This document shows positions 1 through 9,041 of a DNA stretch of 64,000 bases, piece by piece. The DNA lies in assembly GCA_964187785.1 (NCBI GenBank), contig OZ076418.1, positions 25,482,001-25,546,000 on the forward strand. The letters are read 5' to 3'. The DNA comes from Amphiscolops sp. MND2022. Its lineage: Eukaryota. The position numbers were made by a program, and so were the translations under genes. How positions within the stretch are numbered: position 1 is the stretch's first letter; each line of letters begins with the position of its first letter. The notes beneath the pieces are model-generated. The model was not told where the DNA came from. It did not search any database and saw nothing but the letters and a program-made list of their open reading frames with translations.

Positions 1-535
1 TCTGAAGCGAGTTGTTTACAGACAGTTATTGTTAGTCAACCTTTATACCGCCTATTAACAACTTTGTGGATATTGATGAAGTAATTTCAAGTGCCTATTG
101 ACAAGCTTTTGTCAGAAGACAAAGTAATTTGTCTTAGGAAATACGAAGGATGAAAGTCCAATATGGAAATCCAAAAAGAGGTTTTGGAGAAACCGGTGGG
201 TTTACCGCTTTTCCCGCAAAATTTGGGAAAGGAAATTAGGTCACTACGACTACATCGAATCACTTCTGCAGTTTGATCACTTAAAACCGAGTAACACGAG
301 TCAGGATTGCAAAAAACTCTAATCAATCGATCTTTAAAAGAAATCTCCCTACAATTCGACGTGGAAGAATTTGAAAGGCCGCTTGTTAGCGAGGCCAACG
401 AATGCAGGACATACGAGTGCCCAATCTTCCAACTTTGATGTTTGATACGGCAACTTTCAGGTTCAACTGTATTTGCGTGGGTTTGGACATGACACCGAAC
501 CAACCAGGAATTTTCCTGCATCCGGGCAACACGAT

Positions 536-2621
536 TGTCACGACCCGCTCCCGGTCGGGATTTTTCTTGCTGCGGAGGAATCCCAAAATTCGCAAGAGGG
601 AGAGGACACGGAAGAATTACGCAGTGTTAAGTAAACTTTATACATTAACTCACCTTTGTCTAGACTGCAACACGAATTAAAATCCACGGAAGCGTTACGT
701 GAAAGTATCCAAAATGATTTTAAGCAAAATAAGATTTCCGGTTTAATGTTTTCACATGTAAACATTTTTGTTACTTCCGGTTTCAACGGCTGAAAATTGC
801 ATGCCAATCTAAATATTAAGAAAGAAAAACACTCATAACGCTGGGATCATTTCTCTCCTTTCCACACTGAAATGAAAACACTAAAACAATATTTAATTCC
901 GTAATCCCAACGGAACTCATACGATCTAAAATGAAAAGAACATCAAAATAGTATAGCAGATTCAATTTGGAATCTGAAGTAGTTGTAAGAAAGCCTCTCA
1001 AATTACAGTCAAGTAACCTGAGCAAACTTTTACAACGTTATGACAGCGTCGCTCAGATAAACAAGTAACAGGTATTTCTATTTTTACGGACCAATAGCGT
1101 CGCTGCTAAGACCGGTATATTTGCGCTCACGCTAGTAAGAAACCACTCCGATGACGTCACTAAGAATGAATTTAAAGATGGCGAATTTACTCCGAGTTTG
1201 TTCCGCTAGCAGCTAAGAAAGCTACACTCAATCTCAATACGTACGGAGCATTTACGGGGCGTTTACGGAGCAAATTGTAATAGATGAAGCTATACCTAAT
1301 GTTAATACATGTAAAACAACCGTGGAAAATCCTAAGACTCAGAGAATATTCTAATACATCAAGACATTCCTGAGAACATGTAGAATCATACTAAAATATT
1401 CAAAACATTACAAGTTTTCACTTTTTCCATCCGGATTTGTCCCGTTTCGTGATCAATTAAAACATTCGTGTTGCAGATCAAGACAGAAGAAAATATGTGA
1501 AACAGGTGCTCTCCGTTGTTGAAACGGTATTTTATGTTTGTTGAAGTTTGTGGTGAATTATGTTTGTTATATTATTTAACCCAATCTACGCATGTAAATT
1601 ACAGTTAGAATATTTAGCCCAATTGTTGCATGTAAATTACAATCTAAAGTTGTGTTTTATTACGATAACTCAATCCCTGATATGTGCTAATTACTCCCCA
1701 GCATCATTTGTTCCTTTCCAAAATGTTTAACACTTTAGTCTAAAATTCATCCGCAATATTTCCGTAACCATTTTTGCTTGTCATACTTTTGTTGCGAACG
1801 GATGTTCTTCGCTAGACAGTGAGTGAATCATTGTTCACGTCAGCGTGCCTTTTGCGATAGAAATTCAAACTAGGCATTTATTTTGCCGCCTTTTCCGTGA
1901 TGAAACCGGAAATGGGAGTGTTGAACAAAAATGATTTCAACAAGTACTTCGTAAGGGAACCGTAACTAGGAATTTAAAATTGTGAACAATTAATTAAAGG
2001 GTTGAAATGATATGGATGATTAAGCATTTTTAGTGAACAAAACGGATTTTAGGGATTCCTAGGAATTTTTAGGTGAGGAACAAATGATGCTTGAAAGGTA
2101 TATATAGCTAGAATCTTCATGTAAAATTTAATCAATCTTTTGTTCCACTGCTAATAACTCTGTTCCGTTATAACAACGAAAACTCAATTTCTTCGACGAA
2201 TTTAAATATTTCCGAAGACCTTGTTCTTGAACTCTGAAAATGACCACTAGAAGTCAAAAGAGAAAAGCAGCTGAAGAGCTTATTTCAACTGAAATAGAAA
2301 CTCCTCTACCCGAAAACACTCCGAGTGTAAATCCTGTAGCTGGTACAAGCAAATCTCCTAAAGTCTCTGCAGATAACTTAGAGGAAATAAAATCATCACT
2401 AAGAAAGGAAATAATGTCTGATCTTAGTAAAATCTTAGCTGAGAACCAGAAGGAAATGCTAAGACTAATCGCCCCAACCGCTAAAAAACAACCTGCAATA
2501 AGAACAGCGGAAGAGTCTGATTCTGATCCCGAAAACATTCCGGAAAACGCAACTTCAACTCCGATCAGAAATAAAACTACTGCGACTGCTTCTAAAACTA
2601 CCCCGATAAACAGTCGCAACA
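536..2621 (+). repeat. 5' LTR of element 1
   Basis: Starts TGTCACGAC and ends GTCGCAACA. Matches 14296-16381 except at 1138/14898 and 2200/15960 in a by-eye comparison. CCAAT at about 1091 and TGACGTCA at 1152-1159. Confidence 0.97.
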
Positions 2622-3649
2622 TGGTGACAGGAGTCCTCAATGACTCTACAAACCAGCCCACCAAAAGGCCAAAACACCGCGCATCTAACGACCAATCGAA
2701 AGAACGTCCAACTACATCAAAAATCCTGTTCGCACCACAACCGCAGACATTCCCATCGACAAACCTACTCCCAATGCCGAAAGCACTCACAGCTTCACTT
2801 CCCGTGTTCGACGGTAAGTCAGAAAAATTCGAACTTTTCGAAGACTTATTCCGAAACAACATCAAAATGTATCCCCACTTAACTGAACTCCAAAAAATAA
2901 ATTATTTCCACTCACTCCTGAGAGGAAACGCACTTCAAGCGTACTGTAACCTGGACGATACCAAAAAAGACAACTTGGAAGAAGTCATAACGGCCTTCAA
3001 ACGACGCTTTGGCGACTTCCAATCCTCTGCAAAAGCGCGATGTGAATGGGACGCACTACACTTTGACCCCACTAAGCAAAAATTACATGAATTCCTGGAT
3101 GTCCTGCAAAAAACCGCAAAAGAAGCGTTTGGTCCAGAGGCACAAAAATTCATAGACAAGGCAATATACGCAAAAATGCCGGACCATGTCAAAAAGATTC
3201 TCAACCGTGCCTACCTCGAAGACAAGCCGTACAACGACATTGTCCTCCATCTCGAAAGAGAGATGCGCCTTAATGGCCTAGGCGCCCCCGACGAAACAAT
3301 ATTAGTTCCACTAAACACGGTCGACGTTGCTCCCACGGAACCGAAAAAAGAGCCCGCCCAACGAGGAAATTGCTTCCACTGTGGAAAATACGGCCACTAC
3401 AAAGCCCAATGCAGAAAACTTCGCAAAGACCGCTACTACGAAACTAAAGCGCAAAACGGTTCTACCAATACAAATGACCCGCCCAAACCTAAATGTGACA
3501 CTTGCGGAAAACTTCACAAAACTGAAAACTGCTGGTACGGGGCTAATGCGGCAAATGACCCCAGAAAGAAACGCCATGAATTTACCATACCTACCAGCCA
3601 CATCAGTGAACAACCGATCCCCACTGTTGAAATCCAGCCAAAAAACTAA
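2240..3649 (+). CDS. gag: Gag (469 aa), starting inside the 5' LTR
   Basis: LPVFDGKSEKFELFEDLF capsid-like segment. Zinc knuckles CFHCGKYGHYKAQC and CDTCGKLHKTENC. Confidence 0.93.
   Translation: MTTRSQKRKAAEELISTEIETPLPENTPSVNPVAGTSKSPKVSADNLEEIKSSLRKEIMSDLSKILAENQKEMLRLIAPTAKKQPAIRTAEESDSDPENIPENATSTPIRNKTTATASKTTPINSRNMVTGVLNDSTNQPTKRPKHRASNDQSKERPTTSKILFAPQPQTFPSTNLLPMPKALTASLPVFDGKSEKFELFEDLFRNNIKMYPHLTELQKINYFHSLLRGNALQAYCNLDDTKKDNLEEVITAFKRRFGDFQSSAKARCEWDALHFDPTKQKLHEFLDVLQKTAKEAFGPEAQKFIDKAIYAKMPDHVKKILNRAYLEDKPYNDIVLHLEREMRLNGLGAPDETILVPLNTVDVAPTEPKKEPAQRGNCFHCGKYGHYKAQCRKLRKDRYYETKAQNGSTNTNDPPKPKCDTCGKLHKTENCWYGANAANDPRKKRHEFTIPTSHISEQPIPTVEIQPKN
2622..2634 (+). promoter_or_regulatory. 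Primer-binding site (tRNA-Leu-like)
   Basis: TGGTGACAGGAGT immediately after the LTR-terminal CA. Its reverse complement ACTCCTGTCACCA resembles eukaryotic tRNA-Leu 3' ends (..ACTCCTGACACCA). Confidence 0.8.
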
Positions 3650-6600
3650 AAACGCCGCGCCTCCGCTTCGGGGAAACGGTAGACGCAAGGGCATACACGA
3701 TACAGGATCCCCCAAATAGATATGAAGAAGATTTCCTTACAGAGTGCAATGAGGAACCAACCCAAGACTGGCAACGACGCTGGAACGTAGGCATGATACT
3801 TCGACACAATGCAAGACACCCAGATGATCCGACACCATTACCCCAATGGATAACGGAGTCGCCTGACAATTACGCGACACTCAAGAGGCCCCTACCCGAA
3901 TCAAAAACAGAACGTATCTACATATATGATAAAGACTACAGATGTGACCCTTGGGACGAGCCAACAATTTATGATACAGATAAACTCTCTTTCAAAATCC
4001 AAGTTCACAACCCTCAAGCTCAAACAACGGAAACCACAAATTCACCTCCACCGCCGCCATCAATCCTCAAAAAGACACAACCGTCCTCAACAGTACCCGT
4101 CGCCGCCTCGTCCACTCCCATAGATGCTGAAAACATTATCTGCATAGAGGATAGGACAATATGGGCAAGACAAGAAAAAGAACAACGCGGGGCAGACGAC
4201 CAAACAGTATCACCCCCAACAACACCAACTGCATTACCAACCCAAGATCACAATAATGCAGACGATGAAATAACGGAATGTCCACAACAACTACCTTATG
4301 ACCTCAAAGTCATAAAAGAATTCATACAACACGACAAGGACGACGACTACATTCCACTGATGTCAGCAATTACCCTAAAGAAGAAAAGGAGAATGCTCTT
4401 CATATCCCTAGACTTCGAAAAGGTCAGAATAGACGCCCTGGTAGATTCAGGCGCCTACATAAATGTCATCAGCGAGAGAGATGCCGAAAAAATACAAAAG
4501 GAAACTAAAGCGGCCATAACAGCAAAAGCACCGCCGCCACCCTTCAAAATTCAATACGCCAATACTGAACTTGAAAAAGCCCTCGCAACATACACGATGA
4601 AGTTCAACATCGGAGACTACACGTTTGAAGAAACCTTCATCATAATGACAAAAGCATCATTCCCAATCATAGGTCTAGCATTTCTCCGGAAACATTCCGC
4701 GATCTTAGACACAGCGCAGGGAACAATCGACTTCCCACAAATACAAATCACCCTGGCCCTAAAAGACGAAAAGCAGAAGTGTAACCCCAAACCTATCACC
4801 GTCAAAACCGAAGAAAAACATACCATCCCGGCACAATCTACACGGATCATACACGCGTCCATAACTGTGAGTACTGACCACCCAATAACTGGGACTATAC
4901 AACCCCTACCACAGTATGATGAGAACGCAAAACTCATAATAGCCCCTGCAATTACAACAGCTCGGGATAAACGCGTGCCTATTAAAATAGCGAACACAAC
5001 AGACTTCCCCTACACCATAACCCCCCACACAAAATTAGCAGAATTACAAATACTGAAACCCGAAGAAACGAAATCGATACGAGCAGTAGATATAGCAGCC
5101 CTCAATCTACTCACCGAACACGACGATGTTGTTGCGTACGTTAACGCACTGATGCAAGTTGATTCGGCAGAACAAACAGAAGAGAAATTCTGGTTCCCAA
5201 CTCCCGAAAATCCCGGAGATGAATCGGAACACACACCTATCCAACAACGCATTCTACGAGAACTACGAGAATTACAACGATTAGAAGAACTGGACCCCAA
5301 ACAAGATGAAAAATCCAGAACACAATTTCTTTCGCTATTCAAATGGAATGAGTCACTAATAACAGGAGAAGACCGTGAAAACCTAGAATCTATACTTGTT
5401 GAATTCAATGATATCTTTGCACGTCATCGGCTAGACATCGGAATGAATACGCAATTCAAAGTCTCACTGACGCCCAAAAACGACAACCCGGTATACACAC
5501 AAAGCTTGCCCGTACCAATCAACCTAAAAGACGACCTCACAGTGGAACTAGCCTTAATGCATAAATACGGGATCATCACCACCCTCCCCTTCTCCAAATA
5601 TGCCAGCCCTATCTTCGCGCAACGCAAACCCAACGGTAAACTACGACTCCTTGTAGACTTGCGGAAGATCAACGCACTCATCTCAGACGACTATATCAAC
5701 AACAACCACCCTATCAGCACCCTCTCAGATGCGGCACAACACCTAGCGGGGAAACAATTGTTTTGCAAACTCGACTGCTCCCAAGCCTACCACTGCCTCC
5801 AAATGGCAGATCAAAGGTCAGTAGAACTTCTCGCTTTTAATTTTGCTAGCAGAACGTTTGCCTACCGAAGGTTGGCACAAGGCCTCAGCAGAGCACTGTC
5901 AGCATTCTCGAGCTTCATGCGAGAATATCTGGACACAGTCATCAAAGCAGATCAGTGTGCCCAATATGTTGATGACATTGGGATTGCCGCAAATACAACG
6001 GAACAACTAATCAAGAACATCAGAGCAGTCTTCAAATGCATCCGCAAAGCTGGCCTAAAACTGACAATCGAGAAATGCCACTTCGGGGTCACTCAAGTTG
6101 AATTCCTCGGAAGAACCATCACGCCTAACGGAATAGCCCCGCAAGACCACAAGATCACCAATTTCTTGTCCAAAATCAGATTCCCCAGATCAAAGAAGCA
6201 AGTCCAAAAATATATCGGATTCATCAACTACTACCGAAACTACATACCACGACTGTCAGAAAAAATGATCGGTATGTACGAACTCCTAAAAGCAGACGCC
6301 AAAATCACTATATCAGAGGAACTAGTTGACAATTTCAAAGCTATCAACGCAAGCCTAGCGGAAGCCTGTGGACTTGCACTCAGACAGCCGATTGCAGGAA
6401 AACAATACGTGCTCATGACGGATGCTAGTTTCAGAGCATCTGGATACGCGCTCATGATAGAAGAAAACGATGATAAAAAACTTCTCTCCAAAAGAAAAAC
6501 TTTCGCACCCGTAGCTTTCGGATCTCGCGTCTTCTCTCCGTCACAACTGAAGATGTCGATATACTGCAAAGAATTCCTCGCAATATATCATGCATTCCTC

Positions 6601-8859
6601 GAATATAGTCACATTCTCTGGGAAACAACACTACCCACACTAGTACTGACAGACAACAGATCAGTAACGAGATTTTTCCAGACGAAAACAACGCCACCCG
6701 CTCTCTGGAATGCCTGTGACTACGTACTTCAGTTCAAATTCCGGATCATGCACGTAGCGGGCTCGCAAAATACAGCAGCCGACTTCCTGTCTCGCCTCGA
6801 ACTAACCCCAAAAGAACGAATCCAACTCAAATTACGAGACGACATCATAACGGCGCCAATTGAGGTTAATCTACAGTCCACAGACGTTGCGGACGAAGAA
6901 CAACTCTTTTTCCTGCCAGACGAAGAAGAGGAATCAGAACAAGAAATTTTCGCCAGGAAAGCCCTTAGCAAGCAACGAGCAATAGACGAAAAGGAACAAC
7001 AGAACTTGACAACGGAAGTCGCAGAAACAGTACACATACCTCTCAACTCAGCAGTATACGCCTTTGGAGCTATCAAGGAAAATGCCCGCATTCGCAACGA
7101 ACAGGACGCGGACCCAATATTGAAAGCATTGAAACTACGACTGCTCCACGAAGAGTACGACAAACATCTCCTCAAGACCGAACCTAGAGGACGGAACCTA
7201 CTACGTCACGAAGAAAGAATAATAGTCAAAGACGGAGTACTCATGCGTAAATACTACGGAGAAGATGGCACAGTAACACATAACCAAATTCTCATACCGA
7301 AACACATCGTACCAGAGCTCTTATCGACGCTACACGGAAAAATGAACAAACACCCAGGAATCACCAAAATGATTCAGGAAAGCCGAGCAAAGTACTACTA
7401 CCCGGGACTAGCGCGAAAAATCCGAGCCTGGGTCATCAACTGCCCAGACTGCATAGCCAACAAACGAATTGACACGCGCCAAATACGTCCTAAAATGCTG
7501 AGTAATACAGAATTCACATTCGGACCAGAAGACTGTCTAGAAGTCGATATACTACCCAACCTACCTGCATCAAATGGCTACAAACACATCATAACCATGA
7601 TGGACGTTTTCTCCCGCTACCTATTCGCGTACCCTGCACAAGACATGACTGCCAGAACAGTAGGCCGATGCATAATAGACGTCATGACACGCCACTGCTA
7701 TCTGCCTACAATAATCCTCACAGACAAAGGATCACAATTTCGATCAGACGTCATAAATCAGATAGCACAAACACTAGACGTACGGATTAGCCACGCATCG
7801 ACAAAACATGCACAGACAATTGGGATACTCGAGAGAACTCATGCCTCATTAAAAACTTCCCTCAAAATATCAACGGGTGAACGCCGTTCAATGTGGCACA
7901 GATACGTCCAAATCGCAGTCATGAATTACAATACAAGCTATCACGAGAGCCTAGGCTGTGAACCAACAACGGTGTTTCACGGACGCATCCCGTATAACAT
8001 CCTGGACATCAAATTGGGACTCAAGCCAGAATGGAAGAAAGATGCCAACGAAGACCTAACGGACGAATTACAAAAACAAATAACTGAGATACATCAATCA
8101 GCCAAGGACAACCTTATGCAATCATATTTGAAATATAAGCGATATTATGATAAAAAAGCGACAGCAACGCCATTGAAAATCAATGACTATTGCTATGTCC
8201 TGAATCCGAAGGCTGATAACCAGTCAATGAAATTCGCTTTCAAAGATTGCATTTGGACAGGACCATATATAGTGGTCAAAGTTCTTTCCAACAACAACTA
8301 TGTCGTAAGACGGACAGGAACAAGATATACGCAAACCCTCCATAGAATTCGCCTAAGGCTATACGCGCCCAATCAACGAGTACCTGACGTAACAGTCAAA
8401 GTGGAAGATCAACTTCCAGATCCTGAGGTTAAAACAACCCATGACGATTGGTACGCGCAAGCTTGGGAAACCGAATTCGGAGAAGTTCTGTTCGGAAACT
8501 CATCGGAAAGAGAAAATGAGGAAGCCACCATCACAGAACTGACAGCGGATGACGGAGTTACGACGGAACAAGATACAGTTATAACAACTGCAGATGAAAA
8601 CTCGACGGCAGAGCAACCTCCCTCAGGAAATGAAACGTCACTTAATCTAGATGTCAGCGACAACCCTTTCATAATGATTCCGCCGCCTATAGAAAGCCCT
8701 CCCATACCACCTACACTACCGCCTATAGTTGTCGGATACAACCCGAGGAAAACTGGAAGATACAATTTACGTCCTAATCCTAAGCCTAACGCACATCCAG
8801 ATTTTCGGATGCTTGACGCAGTCACAACGGAAGAAACATCTCAGACTCAAAATGAATGA
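3631..8859 (+). CDS. pol: Pol polyprotein (protease, dUTPase-like spacer, RT, RNase H, integrase); first ATG at 3793
   Basis: Protease LVDSGA; RT KLDCSQAYH and QYVDD; RNase H TDAS..E..TDN..D; integrase HHCC finger, EVD/TDKG/LER triad and WTGPY (GPY/F) motif. No stops or frameshifts. Confidence 0.97.
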   Translation, partial: NPAKKLKTPRLRFGETVDARAYTIQDPPNRYEEDFLTECNEEPTQDWQRRWNVGMILRHNARHPDDPTPLPQWITESPDNYATLKRPLPESKTERIYIYDKDYRCDPWDEPTIYDTDKLSFKIQVHNPQAQTTETTNSPPPPPSILKKTQPSSTVPVAASSTPIDAENIICIEDRTIWARQEKEQRGADDQTVSPPTTPTALPTQDHNNADDEITECPQQLPYDLKVIKEFIQHDKDDDYIPLMSAITLKKKRRMLFISLDFEKVRIDALVDSGAYINVISERDAEKIQKETKAAITAKAPPPPFKIQYANTELEKALATYTMKFNIGDYTFEETFIIMTKASFPIIGLAFLRKHSAILDTAQGTIDFPQIQITLALKDEKQKCNPKPITVKTEEKHTIPAQSTRIIHASITVSTDHPITGTIQPLPQYDENAKLIIAPAITTARDKRVPIKIANTTDFPYTITPHTKLAELQILKPEETKSIRAVDIAALNLLTEHDDVVAYVNALMQVDSAEQTEEKFWFPTPENPGDESEHTPIQQRILRELRELQRLEELDPKQDEKSRTQFLSLFKWNESLITGEDRENLESILVEFNDIFARHRLDIGMNTQFKVSLTPKNDNPVYTQSLPVPINLKDDLTVELALMHKYGIITTLPFSKYASPIFAQRKPNGKLRLLVDLRKINALISDDYINNNHPISTLSDAAQHLAGKQLFCKLDCSQAYHCLQMADQRSVELLAFNFASRTFAYRRLAQGLSRALSAFSSFMREYLDTVIKADQCAQYVDDIGIAANTTEQLIKNIRAVFKCIRKAGLKLTIEKCHFGVTQVEFLGRTITPNGIAPQDHKITNFLSKIRFPRSKKQVQKYIGFINYYRNYIPRLSEKMIGMYELLKADAKITISEELVDNFKAINASLAEACGLALRQPIAGKQYVLMTDASFRASGYALMIEENDDKKLLSKRKTFAPVAFGSRVFSPSQLKMSIYCKEFLAIYHAFLEYSHILWETTLPTLVLTDNRSVTRFFQTKTTPPALWNACDYVLQFKFRIMHVAGSQNTAADFLSRLELTPKERIQLKLRDDIITAPIEVNLQSTDVADEEQLFFLPDEEEESEQEIFARKALSKQRAIDEKEQQNLTTEVAETVHIPLNSAVYAFGAIKENARIRNEQDADPILKALKLRLLHEEYDKHLLKTEPRGRNLLRHEERIIVKDGVLMRKYYGEDGTVTHNQILIPKHIVPELLSTLHGKMNKHPGITKMIQESRAKYYYPGLARKIRAWVINCPDCIANKRIDTRQIRPKMLSNTEFTFGPEDCLEVDILPNLPASNGYKHIITMMDVFSRYLFAYPAQDMTARTVGRCIIDVMTRHCYLPTIILTDKGSQFRSDVINQIAQTLDVRISHASTKHAQTIGILERTHASLKTSLKISTGERRSMWHRYVQIAVMNYNTSYHESLGCEPTTVFHGRIPYNILDIKLGLKPEWKKDANEDLTDELQKQITEIHQSAKDNLMQSYLKYKRYYDKKATATPLKINDYCYVLNPKADNQSMKFAFKDCIWTGPYIVVKVLSNNNYVVRRTGTRYTQTLHRIRLRLYAPNQRVPDVTVKVEDQLPDPEVKTTHDDWYAQAWETEFGEVLFGNSSERENEEATITELTADDGVTTEQDTVITTADENSTAEQPPSGNETSLNLDVSDNPFIMIPPPIESPPIPPTLPPIVVGYNPRKTGRYNLRPNPKPNAHPDFRMLDAVTTEETSQTQNE
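3640..3646 (+). promoter_or_regulatory. -1 programmed ribosomal frameshift slippery heptamer A AAA AAC
   Basis: Heptamer directly before the gag stop TAA (3647-3649). The pol frame is -1 to gag and open from 3631. A GC-rich segment follows. Confidence 0.8.
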
Positions 8860-9041
8860 AAACTCTCATCAGGCTAAACCGAACCGGAATAGCTATGTTA
8901 AATTTTCCAATCATCCAAATCTACAGAACTACAAAACACAAAAAAAGGAGTGCCCCATAAGAATGAACAAAAGTTAGCCAACAAAGAACATAATACAACA
9001 AGAGGCACAACAAACGACGACACATTAAAGAATAAGGATCA

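Noticed and set aside
1-535. Host gene or TE ORF interrupted by element 1 (rejoined with 16387-16640)
   Set aside because: Rejoined frames contain stops and no motif I can recognise.
538-1025. Short LTR ORFs (89 and 69 aa, repeated at 14298-14785)
   Set aside because: Duplicated only because they lie in the LTRs; no coding signature.
2254-8825. Minus-strand ORFs overlapping gag/pol (e.g. 2254-2865, 6729-7175, 8409-8825)
   Set aside because: Shadow frames of a long coding strand, with no motifs.
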